In this document: positions 1 through 13,700 of the stretch, in pieces | How positions within the stretch are numbered: position 1 is the stretch's first letter | How the letters are laid out: each line of letters opens with the position of its first letter | Source: Podarcis filfolensis | Lineage: Eukaryota | Strand: one strand, 5' to 3' | Length of the DNA stretch: 64,000 nucleotides | NCBI GenBank assembly: GCA_964270895.1 | Contig: OZ185438.1 | Translations under genes and position numbers: made by a program | The notes under the pieces: generated by a model | What the model was told of the DNA's origin: nothing | Seen by the model: only the letters and a program-made list of their open reading frames with translations | The model's database searches: none

Positions 1-1040
1 TTGATCCTATCTATCCAGCTGTCAGTTTGTGAGCTCATCTCAGAGGAGAGACGTAGCAGATATAGAAGCACAGTGTCAAAGTACTTCCCGTGACAACCAT
101 CATTAGATGCAGGCAAGATTTCAGCACAGTGATCAGATTCACATAGCTCAGGCATGCACATAATTCCTCTTCTAATCTCCCATGCTCCCAGAATATTTTC
201 AGAATACTAGGAATTAAATAAATATATATATAAATAAAATATAAATAAAAAGCCACAAAGGTGCTATCTGTGCATACTCACAACTCCAATGTTTACTGAA
301 TGAAAAAACATGAGGGTACAGAAGGAACGTGACTAAGCCATCACACTCCAAGTTTTCCCTCCAGATCCATCTCACTGGATGCTAGTTGTGGGGATGGGAA
401 TACCCAGAGTGAAATGCCATGTTTTGTGTTTTTACATGACACCACAAGAGAAGAGGGGATGAGGAGATGCTTCTTACACCGGCAGCTACACATTTCCCTA
501 TGCTTAGTTCCACCTTCAGAAATGATGAGGGTGGTGCAAACAGTCCCATTATCACAAAACATCACAGCAAATGTGTTGGCTCATTTACAACTAAACATTT
601 TATTCAGAAGTGGAAGAGTAAGACTTAAGATTGTAGCAATAACTGCATACCAATCTTCAAAAAAAATGAGCTGCTCATTCTTAAACTTCAGGCATTTGTA
701 TTTGCAAATTGCACCCCTCACTTGTGCGGTATGCTCTATTTCATACTTCATTTCTCTCTCTCTTTTTAGCAATGAAATGTAACCAAGTATGATCTGCCAG
801 TTTTTGTTTCCTCCCATTTCTTATTTTTCCAAGCTCAATGCATCAGTTTGCAATTAAAAATAAAATAAAAATTCTCGTTAACAATTATCAGCATTTCACT
901 GCAAACTTCTTCTAATATACACACCTTTAATGAAATTCGGAGAAGTGTGGCTTTCAAAGAATAGCATATTGTTTGGGGAGCTGGGAGTTAGTTACATTCA
1001 AACTAAAATGCAAACTGAACTGAAATTCTTCTCCATCTCA

Positions 1041-1340
<300 letters not shown>

Positions 1341-1723
1341 TTATATATATTTATATCTTGTGATCTAAAAACAAAGCAATTCATGTGGAAACAAATGGAC
1401 CTTCTTTGACAAAGAGTTCCCATTAAGGGTCGGTACAAATACTAAAGAGGTTATGCTCTGCACCAATGATGTAGGCAAGGTAATTTGACTGCCTTGGGTG
1501 GCAGGATTCACTAGGGTAGCAGCTCCCAATGTCCATCTTTCTTTCTCCCTTGTTCCTGATATAGATCTTCCCTCATCCCTTGTTCCCTGTCAGGGAGGGG
1601 CATGACACTCTGGGGTCCACTTCAGGTGCCAAAATGACTTGGGCCAGCCCTGGTGTACATCACACCCAAAAACAGCAATACATAGCAGACAATTTATTAG
1701 GATCAGCTGACAGTCATGGAATA

Positions 1724-1953
1724 CAGTGGATGCTCGGGTTGCGAACATGATCCGTGCAGGAGGCACGTTCGCAACCTGCAGCGTTCGCAACCCAGAGCAC
1801 CACATCTGCGCATGCGCAGGTTGCGATTTAGCGCTTCTGAACATGCGTGAGCGCCCAAACCTGGAAGTAACCCGTTCTGGTACTTCCAGGTTTCGACGCG
1901 TCCGTAACCCGAAAAGGCGCAACCTGAAGCGTCTGTAACCCGAAGTATGACTG
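1724..1953. mobile_element. Tc1/mariner (Tigger-like) non-autonomous MITE in ZPLD1 intron
   Basis: TA|CAGTGGATGCTCGGGTT ... AACCCGAAGTATGACTG|TA: imperfect TIRs, TA target duplication, CpG-rich interior. Confidence 0.8.
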
Positions 1954-4900
1954 TAGATATTTAGAGAATAAGCATGTAGAAAACCCTGAGCTTTAACAAA
2001 AGATCTTCAGCCTGCTGAAACTGGCTTTTAGAAATGCAAACAATCTTGCAAGGAAAAGATTACCATACAAGCCATGGCTTTGAAGTAGGAACCCTACCAA
2101 AGGAAAGGCCTGATAATGTTCCTCGTTCTCCAACTTCCTCTATGCTAATCTGTCACAAACAGCAGGAAAACATGAAAGCCTCCTTATCATCACATTCACT
2201 GGCAAGCACAAGGATGGTCCACCGATTTCCCTGTTGCCCCAGCTGATTACATCATTGTACCTTCTCTGAAAAGAAAAGTCCTGAAGCCACCCTTCCCTGT
2301 GTTCTCTGTCCGGTACACTGCTCTCTTACACCCTAACCAACTACAATACTGTAAAAGTTGAAATTCAAATCAAAGACCCATTGGTTTATCTTAATACCTT
2401 AGGAGCATCACATGGTACTTCATGCATGATAGGGTAGCAACTAGAATACACACATGCACACACGATACCTTGCCTGCCTTGTGACTTTGCTTTACCATTT
2501 TTGTACATCCTTCATTTGTAGAAAGGAACAAAAAACTCTCCCCTCTCAGACACATTCAGGGCCTTTTTCTCCTCAGGGGATGAGCATAGTGGACATGCAA
2601 ATGCACCCCAAAAAGCTTTAATGTGGCAATAAATTGATACCACTCGTATTTTGCATATCATATTCCATTCCAAGGTCCATGCAAAACAGCAGACATTTAA
2701 TGCAGCATTACATGAACAAAAGGTTAGGTGTAGAAGAATCATAATGAAAAAGCTGGCTTCATTAAATGGGGCATTCAAAGCTTTCAAGCAACTCGAAATG
2801 ATGTAGTATATGCACTTTTTAAATCTTGCGAGGAACCATTATGCAGCCTTTACACAAAAATTAGCCCTTGGAAACAATATTTCTTCTCACATTTTGCTCG
2901 CTGATATTCTCATTTAATGTAGGATGCAGATGAGCAAGTATTCTGAGAACCCAATTCATTTGGCTCCAGAAGTGTACACAGCAGCTATTAATAGCAATTT
3001 AGAATTCCAAGCAGCACAGTGGAATAGGTAGGTGATAGAAAACGATATGCACATTATTAGGAACTATTAGAAAAGGTAAAAGAAAATAAATCAGCAAATG
3101 CTATGAAAATATTATAGTAATCCTTGTTTCCTCTATATTAATGCCTTAATCCTTATCAGCTTCACTTGAGAGCAGTGCCCACTAGTCATTACAGCTGTAT
3201 TTCTAAGAATAACACTCAGCATTGCAGCCTTATTCAGAGAGAAAACATTCATATAAACACCTTTCTTGCTCCTCTGTGGTCCTGATGCAGATGCACATTT
3301 GAATGTACATCCTTAGCTGAATGTCATGCTTCTCCAAGCAATGCCAGCTCTACCATTAGGCAGAGTGAAGTGGCTGCCTTAGGTGGCAGATACTGAGAAG
3401 CAGGGATAGGCAGCAAGACTCTGCTTACCCATAGCTTAGAAGCAGGAGCAAGGCAGCAAGGTTAAGCTTGTCCATAGCTGGGGCTGAGCTCTGTTAGGTG
3501 GCTCCTGCCAGCATCCAATGATTTGTCTGCTCTGCAGTTCAGTTTTGTTGCACCAGTTCAGTCAAATGATATATGTCCAGTGTTAGAAACTGAGAGGTGA
3601 AAGCTAGGAGCTAAACGGCACCTTTAACCTAGGTTATGGGCACAACAATGAATGTCTAGGCACCCTTTTTTCATAACAAGAATACAGAGCTGAAAATGAA
3701 TGAACTGCAGCTAAAATATTATGTTCCTTTTTCACATGGATTAGTCCTTCTCCGGCCCACCCCCCTAATATTCTTAAGAGGGTCTCTTGTACAGTCTTCA
3801 GAGAGTAGTTGGAAGTGGGGAGGCAGAAAAAAGTCCTCCTTCCACTCTGCAGTTTCAACCTGAAATCTTAGGCACAGTACTGCACCCAGAGCTCAGAAAC
3901 TGCTTGCGCTAATGAAATTCCCTGTCGCAAAATGCGCCTAGAACAATGGGAGTTTCACACACTGTATATGTCCTGCTCTTATTCCAGGTGTGGGAGCAAA
4001 TGTCATGAGGACTCATCCATAGGAACTGTTCCTTAAAAGATGGCTGGAGTATCGTACTCTCATACTTTTGCTTTGTTTAAGAGCAAGATTGTCCAAAGCA
4101 TTCCAGAAACTAATCTACGCTGGTCAGTTATATTAAAAATGCATTATAAAGATTTACACCAGACGGTGCTATAGAGCAGCAATCCATCATCAATGCAAAA
4201 TTGCATTGAGAGCTATATTACATTTTTTTATATAGGGCTTTTACAGATCAGTATAGATCCAGCCCAAATGTTCTATTGGTTGTGCACAAAGTAAAATGTT
4301 CAACCAGTTCTCACATATACTGTGCTTCACGTGCATATCAAGGCTGTTGACTTTGATTGGCTGAATGAGTGCTATAATGTTGCACTGCAGATTGTGCTCT
4401 GAGTTTCAGAGCAACTTGTTATGCAGACGGCTTCTATTAAGTAGGGGAAATGTCAAAGCTGTGCACGTGTTCTGGGTTGCCAATACAGTTTGCACATGCT
4501 CAATGGATACCAAGAATTTGAGCTTGTTTTTAAAGAATTCTCAAATGTGTATTTTCACTGAAGTATTGTCTTAAATGAACAGTGGAAGTCCTGCTGAAAA
4601 GTAAGGTGACTGAAAATATCTTAAAATGTATTGAAATCCTGGATATATTTATGACTCCTGGATATATTTATGACTCCAGTTGTAAACATAATACATCATA
4701 ATCAAGAGCCAACCACTGCAGTGTTAGAGCAATGTTCAGTGCCCATAAGATGGGGTAAATATTGTTGAACATAGCGGAGCCTTTGTTAATTCTTTACACG
4801 TTGTAATTATTCTTTGTGCTCCACTGCATGGATCATTAATTTAAATAAAGGGGAAGTTATTAGATCTTCTTAATGATTTAGCACTCTTAAAGTGCCGGAA

Positions 4901-5107
4901 AACTGTTAGTTATTACCACTAGGACTGCCAGGATGAATTGTCGTGCTACATTTTTGACAACATAAGGAGACTTGAATGTCTAAAGTAAATGTACTGCTCC
5001 TTCTACATATTGCATGAAATGGCAATTGTCTCTAGATCAGCTTCATAATGGGTTTCTGTGGGAGGTAGTATCAATCCAAGAATCCATTCTTACAATACCC
5101 TAAAGGA

Positions 5108-5301
5108 AGGAGCCATAACTCAGTGGCACAGCACATATTTTTGATGCAAGAGCTGCCAGGTTCATTCCCTGGCACCTGCAGTTAAAAGAATTAGATATCA
5201 GAAAGGCTAAGGAGACCTGTGCCTAAGACCCTGGAGAGTGACTGCCAGTCAGAGTAGACATTACTGGTTGGTCTGAACAACTATCTGGCTCAGCATCATA
5301 C
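5108..5301 (+). mobile_element. Old tRNA-derived squamate SINE (Squam2-like), interrupted near its 3' end by a solo LTR
   Basis: A-box-like agccataactcagtgg and B-box-like ggttcattccc. Body ccctggagagtgactgccagtcagagtagaca is shared with other copies in the window. The tail resumes at ~5926 (atatgttcttatg). Confidence 0.65.
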
Positions 5302-5925
5302 TGTTATGGGTTTTTTAGAGGGGGGCAGATTGTGCTAAATTCCTGGTGTCATATCCTCCTCCTAATTCCTGGATTTAGTAAAAGTTACAATTAATCAAGG
5401 TTTGATTAAACTTTGCCAAAGACGGAAATCCGCTGGCTAATGAGTCAAGCCAGTTCAGCAGACAAAGGCTAGTGATAACCCATTAAAGAAACCATCAGAG
5501 AGGAAGATTGCCAGGCAAAGGGGAGTTGGGCTCCTTCTTTGCTGGGTGCTAGTGGGCAGAGGCAGAGGCAAGGTTTAGGGTTTCAACTTTGAATATTGTG
5601 GCTGGGGGAAGATCCATGGAGTTAGCAGCGAGAAGAAGATAGATGGGCAGAACTCCATGTGAGCTGGAACTAAGAGAGTGGCTTTCTGCTGTCATTTGAA
5701 ACCAATTCTACCCTTAAAGGGGAAACCAGACCCTCATAGGATGTGCATGCTCTGCAATTCCTCCATCTAGGTGCAGGTTGTATATGTGTGCATATAAAAC
5801 CGCATATCATGCAGACACTACAGTCTCTACTATGCCTAATTTCTGAAGGAAACACAAACCATGGCTAAGCACCTGAAACCCCTGGAATCTCACCCTGCTC
5901 ATGGAGATTGGGGTGGCATGTGACA
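5302..5925 (+). mobile_element. Solo LTR (Gypsy-like), 624 bp, antisense within ZPLD1 intron
   Basis: TG..CA termini (TGTTAT...GTGACA). 4-bp flanks atac/atat (3/4 match). Degenerate polyA-like tataaa near the 3' end. It splits a SINE. Confidence 0.7.
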
Positions 5926-6346
5926 ATATGTTCTTATGTACCTACACAGTGCAATGGACTAAAATATCACCAACAATAAATGGAAATGCAGGGTAGATTT
6001 AAATGCATTAATCCCGTTCAGATATTTGATCTGTGTATATATGGTAGTGAATGAGTAAGTATCAGGATTGTGCTCACAGGCCAGCTTTCAAGTGTCATCC
6101 ACTCAGGGTTTCCATCTCAGTTGCGGCCAGCAGGGTGGTGTGGGATTTCTCACCTGGTTTTGCAATTCTACATATTGCTGTCTGTTACTGAGAGGGAGAA
6201 GTAGCGGAGCAAGACAACAGGGAGCTCAGTGTGGTGCAAGCGCAGCAGCAACAACATCATCAGATTGGCTGCACCACTGTGACACTGAGCTTTCTGCTGA
6301 CTTGCCTATCTCCCTTTCAGTAACCAGCAGAGACACATGGTGTTTT

Positions 6347-6596
6347 GAAGAAGAAGAGTTTGGATTTGATATCCCGCTTTATCACTACCCTAAGGAGTCT
6401 CAAAGCAGCTGACAATCTCCTTTTCCCTTCCTCCCCCACAACAAACACTCTGTGAGGTGAATGGAGCTGAGAGACTTCAGAGAAGTGTGACTGGCCCAAG
6501 GTCACCCAGCAGCTGCATGTGGAGGAGTGGAGACGTGAACCTGGTTCACCAGATTACGAGTCCACCGCTCTTAACCACTACACCACACTGGCTCTC
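6347..6596 (-). mobile_element. Squam3-type (MIR/Ther1-derived) tRNA SINE, young copy
   Basis: Reverse complement of gagagccagtgtggtgtagtggttaagagcggtggactcg...gggtgaccttgggccagtcac with a (TTC)n tail. Near-identical to the copies at 31011 and 35267. Confidence 0.88.
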
Positions 6597-6664
6597 TCTC
6601 TTAAAGCCAAGTAAGCAATGCCACAATGCCCATCCTGACTGTCCAGCCGCTACTGCCAGGTCAA

Positions 6665-6756
6665 AAAACTTGAGGAACTGCTGCCAATCAGTGCAGATAT
6701 TACTGAGCTGGATTGACCAATAACCTGACTAGATATGAGGTAGCTTCCTATGTTCA
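6665..6756 (+). mobile_element. 3' fragment of Squam2-like SINE
   Basis: ctgctgccaatcagtgcagatattactgagctgg...gcttcctatgttc matches the family 3' end. Confidence 0.55.
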
Positions 6757-7271
6757 TGATAATTCAAAGGTTACAGCATGATGGAAAGGATAGTCCATAA
6801 GTGTTTGGAATCCCCAAGCATACACTATGTATCACTATTGCTAATTTGATGATAAAAATTAATCACCAGTATTATTGTCCCTTTAATTGAATCAATAAAG
6901 TTGTAGAAGCATATATTTTTGTGATGCATTAAATCACCAGCAGAAACATTAGGTGAAGTCTAGAATCAGCTTTATTTTTACAGTCTTTCCAAATGCAACC
7001 CATGGTGGCAAATTAGCTGCTGATCCCTTTGTGGGCTTGGCAGTAACTGTGGCCACTTGTTCAAAATAAAGATCTGAAATTATCTATAGGCAATAAATGC
7101 CTATTTTGGCAGACACCTTCCTAAAAGCTGGCTACCACTAACAAAATAAGCATGAAGAAATAGGTGTAACACTTCTGAAAACTTAAGGAAATAACTCACA
7201 ATGTTGTGTTCATAATGTTATTGCACAATGTTTGTTCCAGTTTCCTATTTGTAATCATGGAGTTGGTTCTA

Positions 7272-7420
7272 GGATAACTAGCCAATGTGGTACTCTCCAG
7301 GTATTTTGGACTACAGCTACCATCAGTCCAGCTAGAATAGTCAATGATGATAGATTATGGGAGTTGTAGTTCACAATATCTAGAGGGCACCTTCTAGAGG
7401 GCACCTCATTGGTTATAAAT
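7272..7420. mobile_element. Degraded palindromic hAT-type MITE, with a 14-bp internal tandem duplication (7379-7406)
   Basis: Inverted arms ggactacagctaccatc / gattatgggagttgtagttc; tctagagggcacct occurs twice in tandem. Same family as 39815-39920. Confidence 0.55.
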
Positions 7421-8810
7421 CAGTGCCAGGTCCACCAGTACATCTATTAATGGGCTTAATTATGAAATGCAAAGTTGAGCATAACATTCAAATGTAACCC
7501 CATTTTATTTATTTAAGTAAATGTGCATATTTTTGAACACAGCATTGAAAATCTGATATTGAAAAACAAGTTTTCTCCAGCCCCTTTCTATATCTTTAGC
7601 GAGATCCTCATTACATACTAAACAAAATATTGAGCTGCTACCACTCAGGCAGAAGTCTCATCAAATAAGTGAAAAAGCAGGTGAAGAATGCCATATCTCC
7701 AATCATACTTCAAGAGTGACTCCCAGGTATACTCTTGTGTTGCTACCACTTCTGGTGAAAACAAATCAATAATGGGTCAGATGCAACCAGCCAGTCCTGG
7801 TTGGAAGCTAGTGGAAGAACTCCTGCTCATGCAATGGAACTTTATTCACCCTCTCCTCCTTCCAGAAACACCATTTCTCCCCATCTTTTCTGGAGGATCA
7901 GGTGAACCCTCAGAACAGCATGCAGAGGTAGGAGATGAGAGATCATTCCTTCAGGAAAGCAGAAATACTTGCACCATCAGAACAATCTCCTTATGCTGAA
8001 CACCAATGTTTATTACCCCTCAAGAGGGAGGTAGTGCATAACATGTTAACCTTTGAGGGAAAGGAAGAGGTGCAGTACAAGTCCTAAATGTTAGCAAATT
8101 GCCCACAAAACACCACAGGATATTAAGCAGTTCCTTTTTAACCCACCCTAAAACTGCAATTGATGCGCTTACAAGAAAACAACTCTTTTGGAACTGCAGC
8201 AGGATTCATGGTCTCAAAGGGTGCAAACGTAGGTGGAAATTTCAACCAATTCTATCACAAATAATTAAAAGGTTATAGAAACTTCTTTTTAAAAAAATCA
8301 GATGCTAATCTGACCTTTCAGGGGAGGGTCTTCCATTGAAAATGCCCTAGCAACATAACCACAAAGTAGGGGGCACCCAAAGCAAGGCCTGCAATGAAGA
8401 CCTGGATGAATGATCCTTCGAATATTCATCTCCTAATCCCTTCAAAGGTAAGCTTAGAAACATATTGATAACCTACACCGATCTTTTAATATGTGTTGAA
8501 TGTAGTATCTTCTGTTAACAACCTTGTCACTGTATTCTGGAGCAGTTTACATTTCTGAACACTTTTCAGAGTCAACCAGAGTGCAGTGCATTACTCTAGT
8601 CACATTCCAAGAGCATCTTCCTGGTCCAGCCTCATCCAGACAAGAATGCTACTGGTACACGTCTGCCTACTATGGTGCATAGAGCTCAGTGGGCCTCAAT
8701 CACAATCAAACATTCTGTCTACAGAGACCAATATCTACATAATCTGGACTCTATTTTCATACTTAGTTTTATAAAGGAAAAAGCATTAGGAACTGGCTGC
8801 TTTGAAAAGA

Positions 8811-8850
8811 GAGGAGGAGGAGGAGGAGGAGGAGGAGGAGGAGGAGGAGG
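8811..8850. repeat. (GGA)n microsatellite
   Basis: Direct read. Confidence 0.95.
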
Positions 8851-8954
8851 GGAAGAAACTATTCCTATTTACATAACGTAATAGAAGAATCAGAAACACA
8901 TCTGTTTCATACATACTAAAGGCAACTACCTGCGTTGTACTTTTTGGTAAGATC

Positions 8955-9089
8955 CAGTCCTATTTTTCTAGAAAAAAAGGTGCCGGAACTCACCATGAAC
9001 ACCTCCCTTGTTCTCTTATAATGGCAATGATGCCCACCTGAGAGGTGCTGGAACTGAGTTCCAGTGAGTTACGGCTGAAAAAAGCCCTG
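8955..9089. mobile_element. hAT MITE, 135 bp, in ZPLD1 intron
   Basis: Termini CAGTCCTATTTTT ... AAAAAAGCCCTG. 8-bp flanks gtaagatc/ataagatc (7/8). Inverted homologue at 57512-57647. Confidence 0.8.
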
Positions 9090-9891
9090 ATAAGATCTAT
9101 TACTTTCACTAAAGCAAAGAAAGCAAATCTCTAGCAAGGGTCTAATCTGTTCAATGGTCTAATCTCTCCCCAAACCACAATCTTCACTTGTCCTGCTCTG
9201 TTTCCTTCTTGAGTGCTTTTGTCTGGTTAGAATGTGTCCTTGAACAGTGACAAGGACCTCCTTCTGCACTATGCATATAAAGCAGTATCATACCAGTTTG
9301 GGCTACCCACCCCCAACACAAAAATCATGGAAACTGTAGTTTGCTAACTATAGTCAGCGTTAACAGGTGGGTTGAGGTTTTTTGTGTTTTAGGATTAAAT
9401 AGCAGCCATGGGGAAATCAATTTCAGGTTGAAATCCTGATAGGGCTAGGTGACATTTTGGCACACACATTCCTCTGCTACAATCCCAATCCATATCAGGG
9501 AGGTGGCACATTCGGTATTTACTCTATAAAAAATAAAAAAATAAACCTTGCTTGAATGATGCCATATCTTGTTAGGGCCTAAGGAAATAGCTTCCTATAC
9601 TTCTAGAAAGAAAGAAAATCCATTTTAAATATTGTCAACAGCAATCTGAGCAAGTATTCTGTGCATAGTGAATTAATGCATGAAACTCAGCCTTCACGAA
9701 AGAGGATGAAACCCTGTTGTTATTATGGGTAGCTGCGCCCATGGGTAGCAAGCTCTGTGCTACTTCAGAGGAATTTCACTCACCATTAGTTAGTTAATGA
9801 GGAGTTTGTTCCAAATGCTTCATTTACTTTAAAGCTTTGTAGTCTCTGCAAACAAGCTAACAAAGGACTTATAATTAATATGTTTCAATTA

Positions 9892-10050
<159 letters not shown>

Positions 10051-10608
10051 TTACTGCACCAGAGATACTTATTGTGATTGTTTCGTGATCATTGGATCAG
10101 GTCTGAAATAACAAGGATCCGCTATGAAGTTGACCATCTTGCCTGATTTTAAAGCAACAGGTCTATGGATGAAAGAATGGCTGATCAACAAAGACTCGCC
10201 AGGAGGAAACCCACCTCATGGCATAGAATGTCTCTGCTGGTGCTTACATCCCTGCGCCTAAATGAGAGGGCATTATTTTCATGCCTCTTGTATTCAGTTC
10301 ATTGCGTTCTTTGTGCTCTGACACAGCTTTGAACTCCTTTTCTTCCAAGGTTCTCCGCTGGGTTTTTGTGCTTAAACTATACATCACAGAGCCCCGTACT
10401 GTTTTCCCAGTTGGGTTTCAGGCTGTGAACCTAGGCAAGGGAAGAAGCCTGACAGAGCACAGTAAGAGGACTTATGAGTACACATGTATAGGATTGCTCT
10501 GTAAGTGTGCTGGCTTCTGTGCCACATTGTGTGCATAATATCCAGGTAGGAGTCTCATCGTGCCGCCCAAAATAGATTGTTGACATTAATAGCTTCTTCT
10601 AGTAACAC

Positions 10609-10782
10609 AACATAGGAAGATGCATTAAACTGAGTCAAGCTACTGGTCTGCTCAGATGAGAATTGTCTACATTGACTGGCAGCAGGTTACCAGGTTTTCA
10701 AACAGCAGTTTCCCAGACCTGCCAAATTCCAGGGAATGAACCTGGGAGCTTATGCATGCAAAACCCCTGCTCTGCCGGGACC
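10609..10782 (-). mobile_element. Squam2-like SINE, diverged
   Basis: aacataggaag...ctgagtca...gtctacattgactggcagcag...gaacctggga...gcatgcaaa is the reverse complement of the family. Confidence 0.65.
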
Positions 10783-13700
10783 TTCTGTGTGCAAAGCATA
10801 GGAACATTGGAAGGTGCCCTTCTGGAGAATCAGATCGTTGGCCCATGTAACTCAGTACCATCAACAGTGACTGTAAGTGGCTCTCCAGAGTCTTGGGTTA
10901 AGGGTCTCTCCCTGGAGATGCTGTACTACTGGACTACATCCCTCCCGCCTCTAGGCAGCGGTGGTGGTTGCTGCTGTTGTTTTAATTTACATACCGCTTA
11001 CATGGCAAAATGTAAGCATATGTTCTACTTGCCAGTATTTGACTATCATGGCTATGGATTATATTCTGCAGTTCCTTTTTGCTCACATTGAAGTCCTTCG
11101 GATTCAAAAGGGACCTCTTGCTTTTGTTACATTTGTTTCTTTTTAGGTGGCACAAAAATTCAGGCTTCTCCAACTGCAAGATGTGCAACTGTGGCTATCA
11201 CTTTTCTTCCTATATATTTTTGTCTGCTGTATCAATGGCATAAATGCTCATGTTCATTATCAGCAAGCTCTTTGGTTCTGTGGTGCTGTATTATCAAAAT
11301 AATATTGGAACAAATCTGTGGCGAGGCTTAGCGGTCAAAGCAATCGTTCCTACAGCATTTAACAATCTGAAAAGTGGCGCTGAGCCACTGATCAAATATG
11401 AAGTACGACATTTGGGACATTTGTGCCAGCACCTATTGCTTTCCCTTCACTAAAGACTCTCCAGTTTATTCAGTTGTATCCAATGATTATTCCAAAAAGC
11501 ATATATTATAATGTGATAATAGCATTATAACCAGTTGGCTATCTAGCCTGTTTCGGAATCATATCACGACTCAATCAGAAAGAAGACTGCTTATAAATGC
11601 TCAAAAATACGTATAACCTGAAGTCTCTACATCTAATTGTGAGGTTTCAGTGTAACTAACTAGTACGAAAATATTTCAATTTTAGTGCAGTTCATTTCAA
11701 TTCCAAGAATGAGAGGTGCAAGTAGATTCTTTGAAATATCTATTTGAAGGAGAGAATATAAATCCTTTCCTAATGGAATGAGACAGAAGCCTTGCCACAA
11801 ATTTCAATAACCAGGATAGAAGTCCACTACACTCCCTCAAGTATTAACAGACACCAAATGCGTGCAAGACAACCAGAAATTATTGAACTGTTCGTAGTTT
11901 TATAACCCGCTGAGTTATGCTCCTTTGGGATATTTAATAATAGGGAGAATCATTATTCTTTAAATAATGATCATTACACAAACATTATTTAAGAATTTTA
12001 CAAGGACAAAGAACTTTCTGAAAGAATAATAGCAAGATGCTTGGTATATTTAATCAGAATAAGTTCCACTGGGTTCAATAACACTTACTCCCACTTAAGT
12101 GTAGTTAGGATTGCAGCCTTGATTCCCTAGGTAATTTCACTTTGACCCTTTTCCAACACTGCATGTGATATGTTTATTTTTATAAATTAACTGCTAATAA
12201 GCGGCTTGTTTGGTTGCACACATCTACTCTTCAAAGAGCAAATGACACAATTTTCATAACAGCAGTGATTTTTAATTTTATTTTTTTTAAAGCTATGCAT
12301 CTGTGACTCATGCTAATGAAACATTTTTTCTTCAATCTTGCAATGAGCAGATTATTTCCAGCTGTGAGAAAACAGAGTTGTTGCACTGCTATTCTGTCTT
12401 CTAACTCCATTCTGAAAAATAAGTTGCCTCTGAATCTTGTGACACTTGTGAGTTCTGAGAGGGGAACCTATAACATTTTGGTGAGCATGTTGCTTAATGC
12501 ATACAGATGGTCCCAGTATAATCCTCATGATCTCTGCAGAGCAAAATCTTCTCCCCACTGTCAGAAGGAACGTTCAGTTTCTTTCAGAGAAGTCAATCCA
12601 TGAACTAGATAGATCAATGATCTGTCTTGGTAGAAGGCAGCTTCATGTTATAGGATATTCCCATATTCCAGATGTGAATGCAGATCAAAGTAAATATCAT
12701 TTGGGTTTAATTAACCTGTATACGCTTGCAGAGGGTGGACTAGAGAACTTTTGTTATGAGGAAAGAATCAATAGGGAATAATAAATAAATACTTTATTCA
12801 ATTATGAAATTTTCTATCCTGTTGTATTCTCCAAAGAGACTGAAGGTGGCTAACAAGAGATAATAATTACATTAAAACAGAACAAATCACAAAACAATAA
12901 ACAACCAATTTAGCAAATTCCTCCAGCATACAAATATACATAGAGCTAATGCAATTAAAAATTTCAAAACTAACCAAAGTTTTCACCAACCACCTAAAAT
13001 AGGTACCATGGTGGGGCCTAATAGAGTTCACTCTGCAATGCATTCCATGGGGCAGATGGCAGAACAGAAAAGGTTGTACCGGTATGTTGAGTTGACACCA
13101 GCCTTGCCTCCCATGATAGAGGGATAAAACAAATAAGTGAACATATAAATATAAATTGTTCACATATAACTGAAGGTATTAGCAATTAGATAATCTTGTA
13201 GCTTCTCACTTCCAGCTTTAAAATAAAGGTAGTATCCCTTTATCGCTTAGAACCATTCCTGATTTCATTTCTTCAGAAAAAGAAATTGCCTGAAAGAAAT
13301 GTGCTATTTGGTTGCAGTATAATACAAGCTTATCTAATCCTGAAAAGTTATATATACACTTTTGGGTATATAAGGTTTTTGAGATTTCATTAAGTAAGCA
13401 CACAAAATGCCAGTAGAATCCTAAACCTTTAAATTCACAATTCCCACAGTTTTTTTTATTTAAAAACTCAGTGCAGGGAGGTAAATTTTATGATGAAATT
13501 GAAAACTGATTCCTTTATGTACTTTGACTCTCACTCAAAGAAACTTTGAAGTCATACTGGAAACAATTTTGGGAATCATCTAGTTGAGAGGAAAAGGGGA
13601 AAATATGTGCCATTCACTATAATACATCCTCAGATTGAGAGTAATAGTAAGTGGGATTGTATGCCCACTTTGGTTATCTTCAGAGGACGATGAAAACCTT

